Shown: positions 49,601 to 59,668, counted from the first letter of the stretch. The stretch: 64,000 nt of DNA from Bacilli bacterium (GCA_024408085.1 JAKSVH010000004.1:27676-91675), one strand, 5' to 3'. Notes: generated from the sequence alone by a model not told the origin. Translations and numbers: made by a program.

Positions 49601-50692
49601 ATGGTCGCAAATGAAATTAATATGAAAGGAGCAGAAGTGAAATCCACTATTGATCCTAAAACAGTGAAGTTAGTCTCAAAACGTAGACGTGTTACTCTTC
49701 CACAATGGGGAACCGCCTGGATTGTTTTGATTCCTGCTTTAATCTTTATCTGCTTGTTTATGCTTTATCCAATCATAAACACATTCCTTTATGCATTTAT
49801 TCAGGATTTCCAATATGCAAAAGGTGCAGGAAGCTTTGCTTTGGGTCAATTTATATCGACTATTACAAATGGTCCAGCTAGAAATGCTGCATTCGGTTTT
49901 AATAACTTTGTTTTAGCACTTGAAAACAGTGTCTTTAGACAATCAATTCTTAATACCGCAATCTTGACTATTGTTGAAGTACCATTAACAATCATTGTTT
50001 CACTTCTCATTGCTACATTCCTTAATTCTATTAAGGTATTAAAAGGTTTCTATCAAACCATTTTCTTCCTTCCATATGTAACTAACACGATCGCTTTAGG
50101 TTTAATCTTTAACATTGCATTCTCCAAAACACCAGGTGGATTTGTAAACATCCTTCTGCACGATGTCTTTGGAGTACAGGACCCGATAAACTGGTTGTCC
50201 TCAGCCCCATATAAGATTGGTGGCCCAACAGCAACCAAGTTTACACAAGGTGTAGTTCTTGTTATTTACTCATTATGGAACGGTATCGCGTTCAAGATTC
50301 TTGTCTTTATGTCAGGTCTTGCAACGATCGATAAACAATATTCTGATGCCGCAAAAATTGATGGTGCATCAGGATTCACAATATGGAGACGTATTACGTT
50401 GCCTTTGTTGTCTCCACAAATTCTTTACATTACCATCACATCCTTCATTGGATCGTTTAAGATGTACACAGGTGTTATGTCAGTTTACCAAGGTATCAAC
50501 GCAGACGCCTATTACTTCGGTGGTGATAAAGGTAATGACTGGATTCCAGTCGTCGGTTGGATTTATAAACAACTCGATGCTGACCAATTAAGACCAGGCA
50601 TTGCTTCAGCAGCATCTCTCATTCTTTTAGCCATCATTATGGTTATTACAGCAGCTCAATTTGCTGTAAGCAAGAAGAGAGTGCATTATTAG
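49601..50692 (+). CDS. ABC transporter permease (UgpA/MalF-like)
   Basis: FFLPYVT and the EAA loop DAAKIDGAS..WRRITLPLLSP. An alternative start is GTG 49637. Confidence 0.9.
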   Translation: MVANEINMKGAEVKSTIDPKTVKLVSKRRRVTLPQWGTAWIVLIPALIFICLFMLYPIINTFLYAFIQDFQYAKGAGSFALGQFISTITNGPARNAAFGFNNFVLALENSVFRQSILNTAILTIVEVPLTIIVSLLIATFLNSIKVLKGFYQTIFFLPYVTNTIALGLIFNIAFSKTPGGFVNILLHDVFGVQDPINWLSSAPYKIGGPTATKFTQGVVLVIYSLWNGIAFKILVFMSGLATIDKQYSDAAKIDGASGFTIWRRITLPLLSPQILYITITSFIGSFKMYTGVMSVYQGINADAYYFGGDKGNDWIPVVGWIYKQLDADQLRPGIASAASLILLAIIMVITAAQFAVSKKRVHY

Positions 50693-50705
50693 AAAGGAGT
50701 AGAAC

Positions 50706-51665
50706 ATGGCAGAAAAAGCATTATACTTCGCTGATGATAAGTCACGTAGGCTATATCTTGCTAAGACAATTATTGTCAAAGTGTTAGTCTATTTGTTCTT
50801 AACAATTTTTGCATTATTCTTACTTGCTCCTTTCGTTCTTATGATCGTTGGATCATTTGTTAATGCAAAAGCATTCGATGTCTTTAAAAACACAGCAGAT
50901 TTCTCTCAACTTGGCTTTGCCAACTGGGGTTTCTCGAACTATGCTGAAGTCTTCAAGGACACTTATGTTAATAACTTGGGGCAGACAGTACCAAAATCAG
51001 GAAATAACTTCCCGGTCTTCTTCCTCAACACATTTATTGTTGCTGTCGGTTCAACAACAGTTACTGTTGTTACAGCTGTATTAGCAGCATTTGCCTTCGC
51101 TCGTCTTGAATTCAAAGGAAAAGAAGCTTTGTTCGCATTACTTCTTGCTACAATGATGATTCCAGGCGAAATGATGGTTATTACAAACTTTACTACAGTA
51201 AGTAAGTTAGGTTGGACAAATACATTCTCGGCCTTGATATTCGTTCATGGCGTATCTGTATTCTATGTTTTCTACTTAAGACAAACATTCCAACAAATTC
51301 CAAACGAACTTTATCTTGCTGCTAAAGTCGATGGCGTTAGCGACATTGGATATTTATGGAAAGTCATGATTCCAATTGCAATGCCAACAATTACCACAAT
51401 TATTATTTTGTCGATGATGGGTTCGTGGAACTCCTTCGTCTGGCCAAACTTAGTTGCAAACGGCACATGGATGAACAAAAAAGGTGGTCACTCCATGTTG
51501 CTCGTCTCCAATGGTTTACGTTTGCTCTTCTCACAGGGTAGTGAGAACTTAGAAGCAATTAAGATTGCCGGATCCATGGTTATCTCAATTCCATTATTCA
51601 TAATCTTTATTTGTTTCAGAAAGTACATCATGAGAGGTGTCTCACGTTCTGGAATTAAAGGATAA
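50706..51665 (+). CDS. ABC transporter permease (UgpE/MalG-like)
   Basis: Motifs AAFAFARLEFKG, TMMIPGE, IPNELYLAAKVDG and WN.FVWP. Confidence 0.9.
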   Translation: MAEKALYFADDKSRRLYLAKTIIVKVLVYLFLTIFALFLLAPFVLMIVGSFVNAKAFDVFKNTADFSQLGFANWGFSNYAEVFKDTYVNNLGQTVPKSGNNFPVFFLNTFIVAVGSTTVTVVTAVLAAFAFARLEFKGKEALFALLLATMMIPGEMMVITNFTTVSKLGWTNTFSALIFVHGVSVFYVFYLRQTFQQIPNELYLAAKVDGVSDIGYLWKVMIPIAMPTITTIIILSMMGSWNSFVWPNLVANGTWMNKKGGHSMLLVSNGLRLLFSQGSENLEAIKIAGSMVISIPLFIIFICFRKYIMRGVSRSGIKG

Positions 51666-51688
51666 AATAATAAAGAAAGGAAAAAAAT

Positions 51689-53443
51689 ATGAAAAAACTT
51701 AACAAAACATTAGGTCTAAGTTTACTTGCAGTTGCTGCAGGAGCACTAAGCTCATGTGGTGGCTCAAGAGCACATGGCGAAATTGAATATTGGTCATGTT
51801 TTGGTGGTGCTTACACAAGTGTTCTTGAAGGCATTGCACTCAAAGTTGGTGAAAAAGTTGGTACAACTGTGAACCATGTATCACATAACTCATATGATAA
51901 AATCAAAACTGATGTTATGTATCAAATTACTGGTGCTGGTGAATATCCAAACATTGTTACTGGTTACCCAGATCACTTTGCTGAATATATCGGAAGTAAC
52001 GCTTTAGTTTCTCTTGATAAATATTTAGCAGATTATAACAAGACAAACGGAACTGATTTATTAAACGATTACCTTCCAGCATATATGGAAGAAAACTACG
52101 CATTAGCAGCAGATTCCAAAGGAAATCCACTTCTTTATGGTCTTCCATTTAACAAATCAACTGAATTAATGGGCTATAATGGTTCATTTGTTGATTATGC
52201 AAAATACCTTTGCGATAACTCGTTAGAGGGATTAACTCCTGCTGATGATTTAGGTAAAGTTCCAGCAACATGGGGCGAATGGGAAGTAAAAGGTCCAAAA
52301 TATCGTGGAATCCTTGATAAACTCTGCGCACCAGATGCAAAATCAAAAGGCAAAGTCATTTATGGTAGACAAACTTATGATGGAAGTGCTTATGATTTCC
52401 TCGTTCAAGATAGAAATGATAGCCTTAAGAGATTAGACGAAGAAGGAAATCCTATTTATTATCTTGAAGATGGCCGTGTTGCACTTGTTGACTTCACAAA
52501 CGTTGATATCAACATGTCAAGAGTTATCTCTTGGGACTCACTTGATAACATGTTTATTACACTTGTTAGACAATGGGGCTCACAATACACAAATCTTACC
52601 GATGATCAAAAGAAAGAAGAACCACTTTATAGAAAAGGTGACATTATGTTCGTGTCTCCTGAAAACAAACAAAAGACAATTGATTGTTTAAGATACTTCA
52701 CAAAACTTCACGATCTAAAGATTTTTGGTGAACCAAGTGAATTCGATTCAACTTATAACTCAGAAGCATTCGAACAAGGTAAAGTTATGTTCATGCTTTG
52801 TTCTTCAGGCGGTTTAAGCTACAACACTGCAAACTGGCAACACCGTTTCAGAGTTGCACCTCTTCCATATAGAGATGCAGATCACAAATACGTTATTTCT
52901 CAAGGTGCTGACATTGCATTAACAGATAGAAGCAATAACTATGAGGAATGTTTCGATGCAATGGTTGCCTTAACAACTGGCGATATTCAAGCAGAATGGT
53001 GCTTACAAACTGGTTATTATCCATGTTCAAAGAGCGCTATCAATGCTCCAGCATATCAATCATTCTTACACGAAGCTGATGATGAGGTTGTTCAAGCAAA
53101 TGCTGATGCAATTAAGGTTGAACATCCAGAATATACAGCAGAACAAGCACTCGAAAAAGCACGTGAAGAAGTTTATTCAACTCCAACTCGTGTTGCTTAC
53201 CGTGAAGGTTCAAATGTCAATGAAGAAAACTACATGAAGGAAGGCTCAAATTGGCACAAATTCATCGATCCAGCATTCATTGGCTCTTCAACAATTAGAA
53301 AATTAGTCAAAGCTGTCTTCAAAGAAGCATTCCACAAAACAGGTTCTGCTCCAGATTCAGACTTTGAAAAAATTCTTAGAGATGTTGTCAACTCCGATGA
53401 TATCAGAGTTACATATAAGACAAACATTCGTGTTGTTGAATAA
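51689..53443 (+). CDS. ABC transporter substrate-binding lipoprotein (family 1, similar to Mollicutes P68/P80-type)
   Basis: Lipobox LSSC; motifs YPNIVTGYPDH, GLPFNKSTE, ISQGADI and TGYYP. Confidence 0.8.
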   Translation: MKKLNKTLGLSLLAVAAGALSSCGGSRAHGEIEYWSCFGGAYTSVLEGIALKVGEKVGTTVNHVSHNSYDKIKTDVMYQITGAGEYPNIVTGYPDHFAEYIGSNALVSLDKYLADYNKTNGTDLLNDYLPAYMEENYALAADSKGNPLLYGLPFNKSTELMGYNGSFVDYAKYLCDNSLEGLTPADDLGKVPATWGEWEVKGPKYRGILDKLCAPDAKSKGKVIYGRQTYDGSAYDFLVQDRNDSLKRLDEEGNPIYYLEDGRVALVDFTNVDINMSRVISWDSLDNMFITLVRQWGSQYTNLTDDQKKEEPLYRKGDIMFVSPENKQKTIDCLRYFTKLHDLKIFGEPSEFDSTYNSEAFEQGKVMFMLCSSGGLSYNTANWQHRFRVAPLPYRDADHKYVISQGADIALTDRSNNYEECFDAMVALTTGDIQAEWCLQTGYYPCSKSAINAPAYQSFLHEADDEVVQANADAIKVEHPEYTAEQALEKAREEVYSTPTRVAYREGSNVNEENYMKEGSNWHKFIDPAFIGSSTIRKLVKAVFKEAFHKTGSAPDSDFEKILRDVVNSDDIRVTYKTNIRVVE

Positions 53444-53465
53444 TTTAATTAAGGAGAAAAATTAA

Positions 53466-54815
53466 ATGAAAAAATTAGGCGTACTTTTAGCCGCTTCTCT
53501 CATCTCTATTGGTGCTTTAGCATCATGTGGAGATAACAAAAAGATTGAAGCAAAAAATGTTAAGGGTGGTTCCGCTGAAGATAGAGAAGCCATTCAAAAT
53601 GCCGTTAATGGCGCAATTATTACCACTGGTGGTGGTACAACAATTCTTCCAACTTCAACAATGGAAATTAGCGATAATGATATCGGAACTTCCTACGTTT
53701 TACTTTCTACCTCACAAAGAAAAGTTAAAATGGAATGGAATGTTGAAGCAACAGGCTGCACTTATCAATTAATTGATATTGATGAATACCACAAATTCGT
53801 TGATATTGCTTTCCCAAAGAAGGGTGAAGCAGATGGATCACTCACTTTCTCATTAGCAAAGATTAGCTGCAATGACGCAGTTTCAACTGATCCACAAATT
53901 AAATATACTTGTCCAGTCAAAGCACAAACCTATAGACGTAGTGATTACAAAATCGCTGACTTAAATAAGGTTGTTGCAAAAGATATTGAAGTTAAGAATA
54001 AAAAAGGAGAAGTTATTGCTACAGCAGACGCTGGTTATGACATTGTCGACTATACCTTATTAAATCCATACTTCATCACAAATAACGCTGATGCAGCAGA
54101 AAAACAATATCTCTATGTTAATACACCGGGTAAAATCATTTACAACACACCTGATGGAAACTGGGGACTTATTGCTGATGGCGATCAAGTTATGGAATAC
54201 TATGCTGGTGGTGCTTATAACTTAAATGAAAAGACATTCCCAGCAATGATGGATGGAAACAAATATGTTTCTATTTCCGGAAACATGGGTATGTACTTAG
54301 GAAACATTCAACTCGGCTTCATTACTGATATGAAGAAGATTGATGCTTCATTAGTTACTGAACCAACAATGAACTTCCAAGAAATCGACGAAACAGCTCT
54401 TAATGCAATTAAAAACGAATTCGGTGGACACAAACAATGTGTTGTTGGTGCAAACTTATCAAATGCTTTATATGAAGTTAAAGGAACATATGTTCCAGGC
54501 TCATGTAAAGTCAATGATAAAGCTTCAACAAGTGTTGCAGTTGGTACACGTTTCACAATCCAAGTCAAATTAGCTGGTTCAGAAGAAGTTGTTACAGTTG
54601 CTTACGACTACCACGTTTGTAAAGAAGCAACAGACAAGACAATGTTTAATACATTAAAAGCTCTTGTCCAAGCAAATGAAGCTTCTGTAGTTGATATCAA
54701 GGGTACATTACGTTACGTTGCAACAGAATCTCAACCATTCTACCAAACAGCAGCTGTTCCAGGACAATGGACATTAGTTCCATTTGATGCAACACACGTT
54801 GTCGTTGGTGATTAA
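53466..54815 (+). CDS. Uncharacterised lipoprotein with putative OB-fold-like domains
   Basis: Lipobox LASC; beta-rich segments GKII...GLIADG...VSISGNMGMYLGNIQL and VDIKGTLRY. Last gene before the terminator of the ABC operon. Confidence 0.55.
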   Translation: MKKLGVLLAASLISIGALASCGDNKKIEAKNVKGGSAEDREAIQNAVNGAIITTGGGTTILPTSTMEISDNDIGTSYVLLSTSQRKVKMEWNVEATGCTYQLIDIDEYHKFVDIAFPKKGEADGSLTFSLAKISCNDAVSTDPQIKYTCPVKAQTYRRSDYKIADLNKVVAKDIEVKNKKGEVIATADAGYDIVDYTLLNPYFITNNADAAEKQYLYVNTPGKIIYNTPDGNWGLIADGDQVMEYYAGGAYNLNEKTFPAMMDGNKYVSISGNMGMYLGNIQLGFITDMKKIDASLVTEPTMNFQEIDETALNAIKNEFGGHKQCVVGANLSNALYEVKGTYVPGSCKVNDKASTSVAVGTRFTIQVKLAGSEEVVTVAYDYHVCKEATDKTMFNTLKALVQANEASVVDIKGTLRYVATESQPFYQTAAVPGQWTLVPFDATHVVVGD

Positions 54816-54835
54816 TTCTAAAAGTTAACAAAATT

Positions 54836-54863
54836 AGAGCTCTTGCAAAAGGGCTCTTTTTTT
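54836..54863 (+). terminator. Rho-independent terminator
   Basis: agagctctt-gcaa-aagggctct followed by a T run. Confidence 0.85.
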
Positions 54864-54904
54864 GTTGCTATTTATCTTTATTTATATAATAATATATGAG
54901 CGCT

Positions 54905-54980
54905 GCACCATTAGCTCAGCTGGTAGAGCAACTGACTCTTAATCAGTGGGTCACAGGTTCGATCCCTGCATGGTGTACCA
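54905..54980 (+). tRNA. tRNA-Lys (anticodon CTT)
   Basis: 76-nt cloverleaf: acceptor GCACCAT/ATGGTGT, D-arm GCTC/GAGC, anticodon arm ACTGA-CTCTTAA-TCAGT, T-loop TTCGATC, encoded CCA. Confidence 0.96.
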
Positions 54981-54990
54981 TTAAAAATTA

Positions 54991-55020
54991 AATCACATCG
55001 TAAGGTGTGATTTTCTTTTT
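54991..55020 (+). terminator. Terminator after the tRNA
   Basis: aaatcacatc-gtaa-ggtgtgattt followed by a T-rich tail. Confidence 0.8.
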
Positions 55021-55058
55021 ATAGAAAATATCACTGATTAAGAGTATACTAATGCGTT

Positions 55059-55550
55059 ATGAAAATTCTAATTGCAATGTCAGCTATCGCCGGTGCAGGT
55101 AAATCTACATACGCGAAACACTACAAAATGAATCACACAGACGAACACGTTGAGATTGTTTCAAGTGATGGCATTCGCAAGGAGTTAACAGGGGTCTATA
55201 ACAACCTAAATTTTGAGAAGGAAGTTTGGGATCTTTATTTTAAAAGAATTAATACTTTAAGAGATGCAAATGATGACATAGTCATCATAGCAGACTCTAC
55301 AAACATTTATAACAAGTTCAGAAAAGAGCTCGGAATTATCCCAGGATTTGATAAGAAAATTCTTGTAGTAATAACCAAAGATTTAGAGCTTTGTTTGAAG
55401 AAAAACAGAGAGCGTGATCACGCAAAATACGTCCCAGAAGACGCAATCAAAAGAATGTATGAAAAATGGGAAAAAGTCGATGAAGAAACAGCAGCTTTAT
55501 TTGATGAAGTTCGCTACATCGATGGTTGGTTTGACAAGTTTGCAATTTAA
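55059..55550 (+). CDS. AAA_33/polynucleotide-kinase-like P-loop kinase
   Basis: Walker A AIAGAGKST, then SSDGIR, IIADSTN, and the lid C..KN.ER...VPE..I.RM. Confidence 0.75.
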   Translation: MKILIAMSAIAGAGKSTYAKHYKMNHTDEHVEIVSSDGIRKELTGVYNNLNFEKEVWDLYFKRINTLRDANDDIVIIADSTNIYNKFRKELGIIPGFDKKILVVITKDLELCLKKNRERDHAKYVPEDAIKRMYEKWEKVDEETAALFDEVRYIDGWFDKFAI

Positions 55551-55588
55551 TATTTCATTTTGAATATTAAAAGTAGTATAATTGAGAC

Positions 55589-56008
55589 ATGACTAAAACA
55601 AGTGCAAAGAAATACTTAAGTGCAATCAAGGGAAGCAAGATTAGACATCTTACTTGTGAAGCATTATCAAGAAGCATGGGGATTTATCCAGATGTTATTG
55701 CATCTGATCTTTCTTTTTTCGAACCAATGCTTGCTATGGATTTGACCTTTGATTTACGCGATATTATTCCGTCACTTGAAAGCTATATCGAAGAACAAGA
55801 ACAAGCAAAACCAAAAGAGCATCAACTTCATTCTAACTCGTTAGAGTTAAGAGGTTATGAATCTGTTGGTGATTTTGTTTACAAAAAGATGACAATTAAT
55901 GGTATTGTTTCTAAAAACGTTAAACTTAGTGAAGATGACTTAAAAATCTTAGCAAAACTTGTTGATATGGAACTTAAGCCAGCTAAAAAATCGAAAAAGA
56001 GAAAATAA
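55589..56008 (+). CDS. Putative DNA-binding protein: Rex-like N-terminal winged helix without the NAD(H)-binding domain
   Basis: YLSAIKGSKIRHLTCEALSRSMGIYPDVIASDLSFF resembles the Rex pattern Y...L......ISS.ELA...G.....IRKDLSYF; there is no GxGxxG. Confidence 0.5.
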   Translation: MTKTSAKKYLSAIKGSKIRHLTCEALSRSMGIYPDVIASDLSFFEPMLAMDLTFDLRDIIPSLESYIEEQEQAKPKEHQLHSNSLELRGYESVGDFVYKKMTINGIVSKNVKLSEDDLKILAKLVDMELKPAKKSKKRK

Positions 56009-56028
56009 ATTACATAAAAAGTATGATG

Positions 56029-56054
56029 AAATCGGTTTCAAAACCGATTTTTTT
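56029..56054 (+). terminator. Rho-independent terminator
   Basis: aaatcggtt-tcaa-aaccgattt followed by a T run. Confidence 0.8.
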
Positions 56055-56108
56055 ATTTATTTATTTCCCTTGCGCGTTATAATATATGCGCAAAAGGAGT
56101 TTTTGAAA

Positions 56109-59100
56109 ATGGAAATTAAAAAATCATTTCTCTCAGTTGATGGTAATACAGCCGCTGCTATTGGTTCATATTATTTCACCGAAGTAGCAGGTATTTATCC
56201 TATTACTCCATCATCCCCAATGGCCGAACTTGTTGATGTCTATGCCTCACAAGGTAAGAAAAACTTTTTCGGTACTCCTGTAAAAGTTGTTGAAATGCAA
56301 TCAGAAGCCGGCGCATCTGGAACAGTTCATGGTGCTCTTCAAGCTGGTGCTCTTGCTACAACTTATACAGCTTCACAAGGTTTATTGCTTATGATTCCAA
56401 ACATTTACAAATGGGTTGGCGAACTTTTACCAGCTGTTTTACATGTTTCTGCACGTTCACTTGCAACAAGATCCTTATCAATTTTTGGTGATCACCAAGA
56501 TATCTATGCAATTAGACAAACTGGTATCGCAATGCTTTGTGCTCACTCAGTCCAAGAAGTTGCTGATTTAGCTCCAATGGCTCACTTAATTGCTATTGAA
56601 TCAAGCACACCAATCTGTCATTTCTTTGATGGATTTAGAACTTCACACGAAATTCAAAATGTCGAATTTGTTGATGGCGAAGAATATCGTAAACTTCTCG
56701 ACATGAATAAAGTCGAAGAATTTAGAGCTCGTGCTTTAAACCCACACACTCACCCAGTTACACGTGGTGGTGCTGAAAACGATGACGTTTACTTCCAAGG
56801 TAGAGAAGCACAAAATGCTCATTTTAATAAAGTAGTTGATGTTGCTGAAAAATATTTAGCAAAAGCAACTGAATTAACAGGTAGAACCTATGCACCATTC
56901 GTCTACGTTGGTGATCCAAATGCTGAAAGAGTTATTGTAGCAATGGGTTCTGTTACTGAAACTGCTTGCGAAGTTATTGAAGAACTCGCAAAGAAAGGCG
57001 AAAAAGTTGGTTTAGTTAAAGTCCATCTTTACCGCCCATTCTCAGCTAAACATTTATCTGCTGCTATTCCAGCAAGTGTTAAGAAAATTGCTGTTCTTGA
57101 TAGAACAAAAGAAACCGGCGCAACTGGTGAACCACTCTATCTTGATGTTGTTGCAGCATTAAATCAAGTTGGTCGTACAGATATTGTTGTTTATGGTGGC
57201 CGTTATGGTTTATCTTCAAAAGATACACAACCAAAACATGTTAAAGCTGTTTATGACTTCCTTGCAGCAAATCCACATCACGATTTCACTGTTGGAATCG
57301 AAGATGATGTCACTCATTTATCAATCCCAGTTGATGATACATTCCATGTAAAAGCCGATTACACATCTTGCTTATTCTATGGTTTAGGTTCAGACGGAAC
57401 AGTTTCCGCAAACAAATCATCAATTAAAATAATCGGTGATGCAACCCACCAATACGCACAAGCATATTTCGCATATGACTCACGTAAAGCAGGTGGTGTT
57501 ACACGTTCACACTTAAGATTCGGAAAGACTCCTATTCGTTCAACATATTATGTTGAGAACGCAGACTTCATTTCCTGCTCACTTGATACTTATGTCTTCA
57601 AATTTGACATGATCAAGAACTTAAAAGATGGCGGAACATTCCTCCTCAATACCGACATGAGTGATGAACAACTCGTTAAATCACTTCCAAATCGTATGAA
57701 ACATCAATTAGCAGAAAAACATGCAAAATTCTATGTTATTGATGCTAATAAGATTGCAGCAGAAATTGGTATGGGTAGACATACTAATACCATTCTTCAA
57801 GCCTCATTCTTCTATCTTAACCAAGGCATTATGCCTTATGATGAAGCAAATAAATGGATGAAGAAATTTGCTGAAAAATCATACGCAAAGAAAGGTCAAG
57901 AAGTTGTTGAACTCAACTGGAAAGCAATTGATGCTGGTACAGAAGGCCTTCGCGAAGTTAAAGTTGATCCAAAGTGGATTGAACTTGAAACTAAGAGAGT
58001 TCGTGAAACTACAGGTGATGAATATTTCGATACATATGTTAACGTTATGGGTTCACTTGATGGTGATACGCTTCCAACAAGCAAATTCACAGAATTCGAA
58101 CTTCTTGATGGAACAATGAAGAATGATATTACATTCTCAGAAAAACGTTCAATTGCTGACAGAGTTCCAGTTTGGAATAAGGCTGATTGTATTCAATGTA
58201 ATCAATGTGCATTCGTATGTCCACATGCTACATTAAGACCATTCCTTCTTTCAGAAGAAGAACTCGCAAAAGCTCCAGCAATCGTCAAGGACGATGTTGC
58301 AAATGTTATGGGTCCAAATCCAAACAATTACAAATATCGTTTACAAGTCTCACCAAAGAACTGTGTCGGTTGTGGTCTTTGTGTCTCCGAATGTACTGCT
58401 AATAAGATGGGCAAGAAAGCTCTTGTTATGGCAGAAGCTAAAGAACAATTTGCACAAGAAGAAGGTGCAGATTACTTATACAAACATGTTGAATACAAGT
58501 CCAATATGCCAACCACAACAGTAAAAGGCGCTGCATTCTTAATGCCATATATGGAAATTTCTGGTGCATGTGCTGGCTGTGGTGAAACTCCATATTACAA
58601 ACTTGCAACTCAATTATTTGGTAAAGATATGCTCGTTGCAAACGCAACAGGCTGTTCATCAATTTACTCAGGTTCAACCCCATTAACACCATTCTGCACA
58701 GATAAGAATGGACAAGGTGTTGCTTGGGCAAACTCACTCTTCGAAGATAACGCTGAATTTGGTTTCGGTATGAGAGCAGCAACCAACTACAAACTTGTTC
58801 AAATTTGCTCAATCCTCGAACCAGCATTAGAACGCGATTCTGTTGAAGAATCCCTCAAAAACTCCATTAAATCCTACTTAGAGAATATCAAAAACAAAGA
58901 TGAAGCTCGTAAGATTATTCCAGAACTCGTCAAGCTTGTTAAGGCAAGTAAAGATGAAGAAGTTAAGGGTGTCTTAGCATTCGAAAGAGACCTCCTTGAT
59001 AAGTCAGTTTGGATCGTCGGTGGTGACGGTTGGGGCTATGATATCGGTTATGGTGGATTAGACCACGTTATCGCAAATGATGAAGATGTTAACGTCTTAC

Positions 59101-59648
59101 TTCTCGATACAGAAGTTTATTCCAACACTGGTGGACAATCATCCAAATCATCACAAACAGGTTCTATCGCTAAATTTACCGCTTCAGGTAAGACAGGCGA
59201 AAAGAAGAATCTTGCTCTTATCGCAATGAGCTATGGACACTGCTATGTTGCTCAAATCTCATTAGGCGCAAACCCAATGGCAGCAATCAAAGCAATGAAA
59301 GAAGCTGAAAGCTACAATGGTCCATCACTTATTATCTGTTATGCACCTTGTGCAAACCATGGTATTAAGGGCGGATTATCCAACTCAATGAAGGTTGAAA
59401 AAGCTGCAGTTGAATCAGGATACTTCACATGCTTCCGTTACGATCCAAGACTTGTCGCAGAAGGCAAACCAGGACTTACACTCGATTGTAAAGAACCAGA
59501 CTTCTCCAAGTTCCGTGACTTCGTCATGGGCGAGACAAGATTCTCACAACTTCCAAAAGTCAATCCAGAACACGCAGAAGAACTTCTTGCTAAGTCTGAA
59601 AGATGCGCTAAGGAACGTTGGGAACGTATCAAAAAATTCGGTTTATAA
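56109..59648 (+). CDS. nifJ: Pyruvate:ferredoxin (flavodoxin) oxidoreductase
   Basis: Motifs YPITPSS, EMQSEAGA, GLGSDGTV, two CxxCxxCxxxC, SGACAGCGETPY and GGDGW.YDIG. Start at ATG 56109 after AAGGAG. Confidence 0.96.
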   Translation: MEIKKSFLSVDGNTAAAIGSYYFTEVAGIYPITPSSPMAELVDVYASQGKKNFFGTPVKVVEMQSEAGASGTVHGALQAGALATTYTASQGLLLMIPNIYKWVGELLPAVLHVSARSLATRSLSIFGDHQDIYAIRQTGIAMLCAHSVQEVADLAPMAHLIAIESSTPICHFFDGFRTSHEIQNVEFVDGEEYRKLLDMNKVEEFRARALNPHTHPVTRGGAENDDVYFQGREAQNAHFNKVVDVAEKYLAKATELTGRTYAPFVYVGDPNAERVIVAMGSVTETACEVIEELAKKGEKVGLVKVHLYRPFSAKHLSAAIPASVKKIAVLDRTKETGATGEPLYLDVVAALNQVGRTDIVVYGGRYGLSSKDTQPKHVKAVYDFLAANPHHDFTVGIEDDVTHLSIPVDDTFHVKADYTSCLFYGLGSDGTVSANKSSIKIIGDATHQYAQAYFAYDSRKAGGVTRSHLRFGKTPIRSTYYVENADFISCSLDTYVFKFDMIKNLKDGGTFLLNTDMSDEQLVKSLPNRMKHQLAEKHAKFYVIDANKIAAEIGMGRHTNTILQASFFYLNQGIMPYDEANKWMKKFAEKSYAKKGQEVVELNWKAIDAGTEGLREVKVDPKWIELETKRVRETTGDEYFDTYVNVMGSLDGDTLPTSKFTEFELLDGTMKNDITFSEKRSIADRVPVWNKADCIQCNQCAFVCPHATLRPFLLSEEELAKAPAIVKDDVANVMGPNPNNYKYRLQVSPKNCVGCGLCVSECTANKMGKKALVMAEAKEQFAQEEGADYLYKHVEYKSNMPTTTVKGAAFLMPYMEISGACAGCGETPYYKLATQLFGKDMLVANATGCSSIYSGSTPLTPFCTDKNGQGVAWANSLFEDNAEFGFGMRAATNYKLVQICSILEPALERDSVEESLKNSIKSYLENIKNKDEARKIIPELVKLVKASKDEEVKGVLAFERDLLDKSVWIVGGDGWGYDIGYGGLDHVIANDEDVNVLLLDTEVYSNTGGQSSKSSQTGSIAKFTASGKTGEKKNLALIAMSYGHCYVAQISLGANPMAAIKAMKEAESYNGPSLIICYAPCANHGIKGGLSNSMKVEKAAVESGYFTCFRYDPRLVAEGKPGLTLDCKEPDFSKFRDFVMGETRFSQLPKVNPEHAEELLAKSERCAKERWERIKKFGL

Positions 59649-59668
59649 TTTGGTAAACTGATATAAAC

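Noticed and set aside
54953-54969. A-C mismatch at the base of the tRNA T-stem as a sign of a pseudogene
   Set aside because: It is a single mismatch; the other arms, CCA end, promoter-like TATAAT and terminator are intact.
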